Of a stretch of 64,000 nt of DNA, positions 58,056-64,000 are shown piece after piece. This stretch comes from Elusimicrobiota bacterium. GTDB lineage: Bacteria > Elusimicrobiota > Elusimicrobia > UBA1565. The stretch's first letter is position 1. Each line of letters begins with the position of its first letter. The stretch is from contig DMEZ01000037.1 in assembly GCA_003450735.1 (NCBI GenBank), forward strand, positions 2,263 through 66,262, in the 5' to 3' direction. The position numbers and the translations under genes are program-made. A model generated the notes under the pieces. The model did not search any database, was not told the origin of the DNA, and saw only the letters and a list, made by a program, of their open reading frames with translations.

Positions 58056-59414
58056 TTGGCGTCCGTCTACGCGGCCGTCCTGCTCACCGCCGCCAAGCTC
58101 GGCGTCGGCCTCTGGACGAACAGCCTCGGCCTCCTCTCGGAGGCGGCGCACTCGGGCCTGGACCTCGTCGCGGCGGTCGTCACCTGGCTGACCGTCCGGG
58201 TCTCGAGCCGGCCCGCCGACCGCCAGCACACCTACGGCCACGGCAAGTTCGAGAACCTCTCGGCCCTCTTCGAGACCCTGCTCCTCGTCCTCACCTGCGT
58301 CTGGATCTCCTGGGAGGCCTTCGAGCGGCTCTTCTTCGTCTCGAAGCACGTGGACGTCAACGTCTGGTCGTTCGGCGTGGTGCTCCTCTCCATCGCCGTG
58401 GACTATACCCGCTCCCGGGCCCTCAAGCGGGTCGCCGACAAGTACCAGAGCCAGGCCCTGGAGGCGGACGCCCTCCATTTCTCCACCGACATCTGGTCGT
58501 CCTGCGTCGTCCTCGTCGGCCTCATCGGGGTGCTCATCGCCCACCGCTTCGAGAGCCTGGCCTTCCTCGCGAGGGCCGACGCGCTGGCGGCGCTCGGGGT
58601 CGCCGTGATCGTCCTCAAGGTGTGCTGGGGTCTCGGCCGCAAGTCGGTCGACGACCTGCTCGACGCCGTCCCGGAGGAGCTGCACGACAAGGTCTACCAG
58701 GCCGCCAAGGTGAGGGGGGTCCTCGACGTGCGCCAGGTGCGGGTCCGGCGCAGCGGGCCCGAGGTGTTCGCCGACGTGACCATCGCCGTGGGCCACGGGG
58801 TCGCCTTCGAGGCCGCCCACGCCGTGGCGGAGCGCGCGGAAGCCGCCATCCGCGCGGCGGTCCCCGGCGCGGATGTCGTCATCCACGCCGAGCCGGTGGA
58901 GGAGCGGCGGGAGGACCTCCTCACGCGCACCCGCATCCTCGCGGCCCGGCACGGCCTGGGCGCCCACGCCGTGCGCATCTACGACGAGGCGGGCCGGCGC
59001 TCGATCGAGCTCCACCTCGAGGTCGCCGACGACCTCAAGCTCGACGAGGCCCACCAGCTCGCCGACGATTTCGAGAAGGCCCTGCGCCAGGCCGTCCCGG
59101 ACCTCGCGGGCGTGGTCACCCACATCGAGCCGGCCGGGGAACGCGCGGCCACCCTCAAGGCCGAGCCGGCCGGGGAGGGGGAGATCCAGCGCGCCCTCCT
59201 CAAGTTCCTCAAGGCCCAGAAGATCAGCGCCCACCTGCACGACATCCAGGTGCGGCTCGCGGGGGGAGAGCTGCAGGTCTCCCTCCACTGCGCCCTCGCC
59301 GGCTCGACCGGCATCCAGGACGCGCACGGCATCACGGAGCGCATCGAGAAGCATTTGCGCTCCCAGGTCCCCTTCGTCGGCCGGGTGGTCATCCACGTCG
59401 AGCCGACAGACTGA
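58056..59414 (+). CDS. Cation-diffusion-facilitator transporter (FieF/YiiP-like) with three tandem cytoplasmic C-terminal domains, TTG start
   Basis: LSEAAHSGLDLVAAV...RPADRQHTYGHGKFENLSALFE matches the FieF transmembrane region. Three repeats of a roughly 85-aa cytoplasmic C-terminal-like unit ending ...HAEP/HIEP/HVEP. Confidence 0.8.
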   Translation: MASVYAAVLLTAAKLGVGLWTNSLGLLSEAAHSGLDLVAAVVTWLTVRVSSRPADRQHTYGHGKFENLSALFETLLLVLTCVWISWEAFERLFFVSKHVDVNVWSFGVVLLSIAVDYTRSRALKRVADKYQSQALEADALHFSTDIWSSCVVLVGLIGVLIAHRFESLAFLARADALAALGVAVIVLKVCWGLGRKSVDDLLDAVPEELHDKVYQAAKVRGVLDVRQVRVRRSGPEVFADVTIAVGHGVAFEAAHAVAERAEAAIRAAVPGADVVIHAEPVEERREDLLTRTRILAARHGLGAHAVRIYDEAGRRSIELHLEVADDLKLDEAHQLADDFEKALRQAVPDLAGVVTHIEPAGERAATLKAEPAGEGEIQRALLKFLKAQKISAHLHDIQVRLAGGELQVSLHCALAGSTGIQDAHGITERIEKHLRSQVPFVGRVVIHVEPTD

Positions 59415-59429
59415 CCCTCAGGAGGCTTC

Positions 59430-60293
59430 ATGGCACGAGACGACGACGAGCTGGACGCCGGAGAGATCGCAGCGAAGAACGCGGGCAAGGTGCTCAGCGC
59501 CCTGCTCGCCCTCGCCGTAGCGTTCCTGCTCTGGTCTTGCGTGGTGTTCATCCCCGCCGGCCACGAGGGGGTGCTCTTCAACAAGCTGACGGGCTCGGTG
59601 AGCGACAAGACCCTGACGCAGGGCTGGAAGCTGCGCGTGCCGATCCTCACGAAGGTCATCGTCTACGACTGCCGCCGCAAGGCCTACACCATGTCCATGA
59701 CCGCCGACGAGGGCACGCGGATGGGGCAGTCGGACACCAACTGGTCGCCGACCGCCGACGGCAACATGGTCGGGGTGGACGTGACGGTCTGGTACCGCAT
59801 CCCGGCGGACACGGCCGGCCGGGTGTACACCCACCTCGGCAACCAGGAGTGGTGCGAGGAGCAGGTGATCCGCCCCATCATCCGCAACGCCGTGCGTTTG
59901 ACCGTGGCCCGCTACACGGCGCCGGAGATCTACGGCAACAAGCGCACCGAGATCCAGGACAAGGTCAAGGAGCTCATCGCCAAGTCCTTCCTGGACGACA
60001 ACTACTTCTCGCTGGACGGCGACGGCGTATTCCTCCGCGACGTCCACCTGACGCCCTCCTACCAGCGCAGCATCGAGGAGAAGGTGGCGGCCCAGCAGGC
60101 CATCCAGCGCAAGCAGTTCGAGGTGGAGCAGGCCAAGCAGGAGGCGATGGCCATCAAGATCAAGAACGACGCCCTCGCCGCCGCGAAGAGCTACCTCCAG
60201 CTGAGGACCATCGAGATGCTGGAGAAGAAGGACTTCAAGGTGATGGTCGTCCCCCAGAGCCAGGGGCTCATCCTCAACCTGCAGGACAAGTAG
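59430..60293 (+). CDS. SPFH/Band-7 (prohibitin/HflC-like) protein
   Basis: N-terminal transmembrane helix, SPFH core (GHEGVLFNKLTG...), coiled-coil tail. Confidence 0.8.
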   Translation: MARDDDELDAGEIAAKNAGKVLSALLALAVAFLLWSCVVFIPAGHEGVLFNKLTGSVSDKTLTQGWKLRVPILTKVIVYDCRRKAYTMSMTADEGTRMGQSDTNWSPTADGNMVGVDVTVWYRIPADTAGRVYTHLGNQEWCEEQVIRPIIRNAVRLTVARYTAPEIYGNKRTEIQDKVKELIAKSFLDDNYFSLDGDGVFLRDVHLTPSYQRSIEEKVAAQQAIQRKQFEVEQAKQEAMAIKIKNDALAAAKSYLQLRTIEMLEKKDFKVMVVPQSQGLILNLQDK

Positions 60294-60301
60294 CCGGCAG
60301 G

Positions 60302-61312
60302 CTAGTCGGGCAGGGCGGGGGAGGGCGGCTCCTCGGGCTTCGGCGCCGCGGGCGCCGGGAGCTCGGGCTGAGGCTCGAGCACCAGGACGATGCGCCGGTT
60401 GGCCGCCCGGCCGGCCTCCGTGTCGTTGGGTCCGACGGGCCTGAACTCCCCGAAGCCGGAGGCGTAGACGCGCCGGGCGTCGAGGCCGCCCTTCTCGGTC
60501 AGCTGCCTCGCCACCGCGGCCGCGCGGGCCGTGGAGATGTCCCAGGGAGTCGAAACCCCGCCGAAACCGAAGAGCCCCTTGACCGGGGTGTCGTCGTGGT
60601 GGCCCTCGACGCGCAAGGCCCGGCCCGGGAAGACCGCGCTCATCGAGCGGCCGAGCTTGTCGAGTTCCTCGGCCCCGGCCTCGGTCAGCTTGGCGTCATG
60701 CGGCTTGAAGAGCTGGGAGTCGGGGACCGTGAGCTTGAAGACCTCGCCCGAGCGCACCAGGGAGACCTGGTTGCCCAGCCCCTCGGCCCGCACGGCGTCG
60801 GCGAGGCTCATGCCGTCCGCCTTGGCCTTCTCGAGCCTGCGGGAGGCCTCGCGGTCGGCCTTGTCCTTCTCGGCCTTCATCGCTTCTAGCTGGGCGTTGA
60901 GCTCGGCGGCCAGCTCGTTGGCCTGTCCCACCCGGTTGCGCAGAACGGCCTTGAGGCCCAGCTTCTCCTTGACCTGCTCGCTGAGCTTCCTTGCGATCGA
61001 GTCCTTCTCGGAGATGAGCTCGCGGACCTTGGTCATGAGCTGGCCCTTGTTGGACTCGAGGCTCTTGGAGAGGTCCTTGTTGGACTTCTCGAGGGACCCG
61101 ATGCGGTCCTGGGACGCGTTGAGCTGCGCCTCGAGGTCGCGCTTCTCGCTCTCGAGGGCCAGGATGCGGCTGGAGTGGAACTTGCTCTGGCCGGCCTGCT
61201 CCTGGATCTGCTTCTGGAGGCTGTCGATGAGCGTCTGCTGCTCCTTGAGCTGGGCGCCGGAGCAGCCGGCGGCCAGGAAGAGAGCCGCGAATACGAGGGG
61301 GGAGTGTCTCAT
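60302..61312 (-). CDS. Lipoprotein with coiled coil and C-terminal OmpA-like peptidoglycan-binding domain
   Basis: ATG 61312 gives MRHSPLVFAALFLAAGCSG (lipobox). C-terminal RVEGHHDDTP...NRRIVLV is an OmpA_C-like motif. The upstream 234 aa of the ORF call is junk. Confidence 0.75.
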   Translation of the reverse strand: MRHSPLVFAALFLAAGCSGAQLKEQQTLIDSLQKQIQEQAGQSKFHSSRILALESEKRDLEAQLNASQDRIGSLEKSNKDLSKSLESNKGQLMTKVRELISEKDSIARKLSEQVKEKLGLKAVLRNRVGQANELAAELNAQLEAMKAEKDKADREASRRLEKAKADGMSLADAVRAEGLGNQVSLVRSGEVFKLTVPDSQLFKPHDAKLTEAGAEELDKLGRSMSAVFPGRALRVEGHHDDTPVKGLFGFGGVSTPWDISTARAAAVARQLTEKGGLDARRVYASGFGEFRPVGPNDTEAGRAANRRIVLVLEPQPELPAPAAPKPEEPPSPALPD

Positions 61313-61393
61313 GCCCCTATTCTGCGAAAAGCGCGGCATCCCAGTCCAGCCTTCCGTTGACTCCATCGCTGTTTTTCGGTTATCCTTCCACGC

Positions 61394-62059
61394 ATGGCGT
61401 CCTGCCGATACTGCGGCTGTTCGGGCTGGTTCTTCCCTCTCAGCAAGGCCGGCCTCTGCCACGCCTGCGCCCACCTGGTCGCCATGGAAGTGGCCCAGCA
61501 TCGGGACGCCATCCGGGACTCGGCCCTGCGCGCCGAGCAGACGCTCGACCCCCGCTCGAAGCTCGCGGGGCTGGACGTGGTGGTCACGAACCTGGAGGCC
61601 CTGGCCAAGCTGGAGGGGCGCGGCATCCCCACGGGGGACGCGCCGGCCTCCGAGTCGATCAAGGCCCGGAAGGCCGAGCGGGACGCCCTCCTGTTCGAGA
61701 CCGCCCAGAAGGCCCTCGACGACGCCCTGGCCCAGGTCCAGGCCGCGCCCTCGCCCGAGGCCAAGAGCTCCCTCCTGAACACCCTCCTGCTCCAGCTCGC
61801 CGAGTTCAAGGCCAAGGCCGAAGACCCCGGGCCCCTCTCCGCCGTCGAGAGGAAGGTGAAGGACTCGGTCATCTTGATCCAGCTCAACCTCGACCTGGAG
61901 AAGGCGCAGGACGCCGAGCGCCGCAAGGACTTCAAGGCCGCCTTGCGGCTCTACGAGGAGGCGCTCACCTGCCTGAAGGCCTCCGACATGGACGCGGCCA
62001 GCCGCGCCAAGCACGCCCTCAAGATCAACGGGAAGGTGAAGGAGCTGAAGGCCCGCTGA
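61394..62059 (+). CDS. Hypothetical protein with N-terminal zinc ribbon (CRYCGC...CHAC) and helical domain
   Basis: 221-aa ORF with natural composition. Confidence 0.5.
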   Translation: MASCRYCGCSGWFFPLSKAGLCHACAHLVAMEVAQHRDAIRDSALRAEQTLDPRSKLAGLDVVVTNLEALAKLEGRGIPTGDAPASESIKARKAERDALLFETAQKALDDALAQVQAAPSPEAKSSLLNTLLLQLAEFKAKAEDPGPLSAVERKVKDSVILIQLNLDLEKAQDAERRKDFKAALRLYEEALTCLKASDMDAASRAKHALKINGKVKELKAR

Positions 62060-62966
62060 GGGCCCGGAGCAGGGCCCGATCCTTCTCGGTGGGCTCTCCC
62101 GGGAGCGCGCCGGGCCCCTCCCGGAAAGCCGTCTCCAGCGCGTCGGGCAGCCAGGCGGAGACTTTCCCTGAGAGCGTCCGGTCGGAGAAGCTGGCCGCCT
62201 GCTCCAGGATGAACAGCGCGGCCGACCTGGAGTCGCGCCCCTTCGGCGGCTCGCGGGTCGCGCGCCAGCGCGCCTCCTCGGCCAGCACGCCCTCCCAGTA
62301 GGCCCGGACGTCCTTCCTCGAAAAGTCGAGCTCGAGTCCGCCCCGCAAAGCCAGCGCCGCCATGGCCGAGGCGGGATAGTCCACCCAGGCCCACATGTCC
62401 TGGGAGTTGCTCCGGTTGGAGGCCCAGTCGGACTCCTCCACCGGCGCGCCGAGCTCGGCCCAGGGCCGGCACTGGACGAGGAAGGCGCCGAGCTCCCGGG
62501 CGCCGCGGGCGCCCTCGCCCGTGAGGCCCCGGCCGCGCTGGACGAGGTGCTCGAGCTCGTGGGCGACCAGGGGCGCCAGGGTCTCGGGCCGGCGGCCCTG
62601 CATGAAGTCGAGGCCGGCGGTGAACTCGTTGTCCGAGTCCACCACCCACATCCCGCTCTCGCGCACGACGATGCGGGCGCCCTTCTCGAGCAGGGGCTCG
62701 GCCAGGCGGGGCCCGTCGCTCGTGCGGCCCACGAGGTGCAGGGCCGCGAGGAGCTGGGCCTTGCCCTGCTCGAACCCGGGGCCCGCGCCCTCGACGACGA
62801 GCCAGGAAGGCTGCTGGGCGGACGACGGGCGCGCCCTGAAGGAAGGGAGGCGGAACCGGACGGCCTGGTAGGACAGGTCCGCGCCGGCGCGCAGGCTCTC
62901 CGGCCCTTCCGCGAAGGTGGGGGCGGCGAGCAGGAGCGCGCCGAGGACGATCGAGGAGTGCCGCAT
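62025..62966 (-). CDS. Secreted HExxH protein (HELEHL), putative metallopeptidase
   Basis: Signal peptide MRHSSIVLGALLLAAPTFA. VAHELEHLV motif. Confidence 0.55.
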   Translation of the reverse strand: MRHSSIVLGALLLAAPTFAEGPESLRAGADLSYQAVRFRLPSFRARPSSAQQPSWLVVEGAGPGFEQGKAQLLAALHLVGRTSDGPRLAEPLLEKGARIVVRESGMWVVDSDNEFTAGLDFMQGRRPETLAPLVAHELEHLVQRGRGLTGEGARGARELGAFLVQCRPWAELGAPVEESDWASNRSNSQDMWAWVDYPASAMAALALRGGLELDFSRKDVRAYWEGVLAEEARWRATREPPKGRDSRSAALFILEQAASFSDRTLSGKVSAWLPDALETAFREGPGALPGEPTEKDRALLRALSGPSAPSPSR

Positions 62967-63038
62967 CGCCCATAGTCTAGCGGGTACCGAGGCTCTTCGT
63001 GAGCCTCTAAAGGCCTAGGCGGGTCTGGGTCGGCCGTC

Positions 63039-64000
63039 CTACCAGGAGCTCTTGAGCGGGCCGATCTCTTTCTCGACCGCTTCGAGGACCTCGCAGCGCT
63101 CCACCGCCGCCATCATGTTGTTGTGGTCGGTGAAGAGCGGGCGGTCCTCGTCGAGGTGGTCCACCACCGCCCGGACGGCGGCCTGGGCCGCGCGCGTGCC
63201 CTTGCCGGGGGTGAAATCGCGGAAGTCGAGGCCCTGGGCCGCGGCGATCATCTCGATGGCGAGCACGCCCCAGGCGTTCTCCAGGATCTGCCGGGTCTTG
63301 AGCGCCGCGTTCATCCCCATGCTCACGAAGTCCTCCTGGTCGGCCGCGGCGGGGATGGACTGGACGCAGGAGGGCGCGCTGAGGATGCGCTGCTCGGCGA
63401 TCATCATGTCGGCCGTGTACTGGCTGAGCATGAGCCCGGAGTACATGCCCGCGCCCTTGGTCAGGAACGCCGGCAGGCCGACGCTCAGGGCCGGGTTGAG
63501 CAGGCGGTTCAAGCGCCGCTCGGAGAGCACGCTGACCATGCAGATGCCCGCGCCGACCATGTCGAGCGGCATGCTGATGGGCGTCCCCTGGAAGTTGGCC
63601 CCGGTGAGCACGGTATCCGAGTCCGGCAGGAAGATGGGGTTGTCGCACACGCCGTTGAGCTCGATCTCGAACTGCCTGCGGGCGTGGGCGAGGTGGTCGC
63701 GGAAGGCCCCGATGACCTGCGGCGTCGAGCGCATGGAGTAGGCATCCTGCACCTTCACCTTGAGCTTGCCCGTCACGAGGTCGCTTCCGGCGACGACCGC
63801 GCGGATGTTGTCGGAGACGGTCATGGCGCCCGGGAAGCCGCGCAGCTCGTGCAGGCGGCGGTCGTAGGGCTTCATGTTGGCGAGCAGGGCCTCGAGGGTC
63901 ATCGCGGCCGTGATCTCGGCCTGCTTGCACCAGCGCTCGGCGTCGAAGAGCTCGAGGCAGCCGATGCCGCAGATGAGGTTCGAGCCGTTGATGGCGGCCA
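63039..64000 (-). CDS. hutH: Histidine ammonia-lyase (C-terminal part; N-terminus beyond window end)
   Basis: NGVCDNPIF, GANFQGTPISMPLD, SGLMLSQYTA, QEDFVSMG match the HutH/PAL family. No stop before position 64000 in this frame. Confidence 0.8.
   Translation of the reverse strand, partial: AAINGSNLICGIGCLELFDAERWCKQAEITAAMTLEALLANMKPYDRRLHELRGFPGAMTVSDNIRAVVAGSDLVTGKLKVKVQDAYSMRSTPQVIGAFRDHLAHARRQFEIELNGVCDNPIFLPDSDTVLTGANFQGTPISMPLDMVGAGICMVSVLSERRLNRLLNPALSVGLPAFLTKGAGMYSGLMLSQYTADMMIAEQRILSAPSCVQSIPAAADQEDFVSMGMNAALKTRQILENAWGVLAIEMIAAAQGLDFRDFTPGKGTRAAQAAVRAVVDHLDEDRPLFTDHNNMMAAVERCEVLEAVEKEIGPLKSSW

Noticed and set aside
53381-58191. 894-aa minus ORF (53381-56065), 775-aa plus ORF (55864-58191), and 56738-58009 -, 57939-59396 -
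   Set aside because: Highly biased R/G/D/E composition opposite or out of frame with ispH, the GTPase-like gene, rocD and the CDF gene, all of which have strong homology.
58622-61778. 755-aa plus ORF 58622-60889, 415-aa plus ORF 60531-61778, and the N-terminal 234 aa of 60302-62014
   Set aside because: Low-complexity off-frame translations. The OmpA-like lipoprotein is trimmed to the ATG giving a lipobox signal peptide.
63007-63930. 307-aa minus ORF in a frame alternative to hutH
   Set aside because: R/P/G-rich. The overlapping frame 63039-63902 (continuing past 64000) has clear histidine ammonia-lyase motifs.

Overview
The window joins two regions. Roughly 1-16,860 is a low-GC (about 45-50%) horizontally acquired element, and roughly 17,600-64,000 is about 70% GC host chromosome from a Gram-negative-like organism. 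The host side encodes a beta-barrel outer-membrane protein, an OmpA-like lipoprotein, a type IV pilin and many two-component/GGDEF/cyclase signalling genes.

The element ends with an AlpA-like excisionase (15556-15768), a tyrosine integrase (15814-16854) and a tRNA-Ala(GGC) gene (16894-16966). Its left end lies outside the window. It carries a HicB/HicA toxin-antitoxin pair, HExxH metallopeptidase-like proteins, a six-gene same-strand cargo operon containing a 692-aa secreted coiled-coil protein, and a tightly coupled four-gene operon (12894-15488). That operon encodes a Cys-rich zinc-ribbon protein, an FtsK/HerA-type P-loop ATPase, a protein with a Mrr-cat/PD-(D/E)xK-like C-terminal domain and a small basic protein. 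This is the best candidate for an undescribed system, either anti-phage defence of the HerA-plus-nuclease type or a DNA-translocation module.

The host region contains recognisable housekeeping genes: rsmD, M20 dipeptidase, NUDIX hydrolase, cardiolipin synthase, sixA, an SF1 helicase, a hybrid sensor kinase, yceH, M32 carboxypeptidase, an OmpR/sensor-kinase pair, rocD, a CDF transporter, an SPFH protein and a partial hutH.

Unusual host features are an IspH fused to a roughly 280-aa polytopic membrane domain, a CDF transporter with three tandem cytoplasmic C-terminal domains, a response-regulator-MBL fusion, two long perfect inverted repeats in intergenic regions, several promoters placed for leaderless translation, and a palindromic operator over the promoter of a lower-GC AAA ATPase gene.

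The high-GC region yields many long spurious ORFs in alternative frames, which were rejected. No CRISPR array, rRNA or transposase was seen. All calls are based on motifs recognised by eye in the supplied ORF translations. Manually counted coordinates may be off by 1-2 nt.
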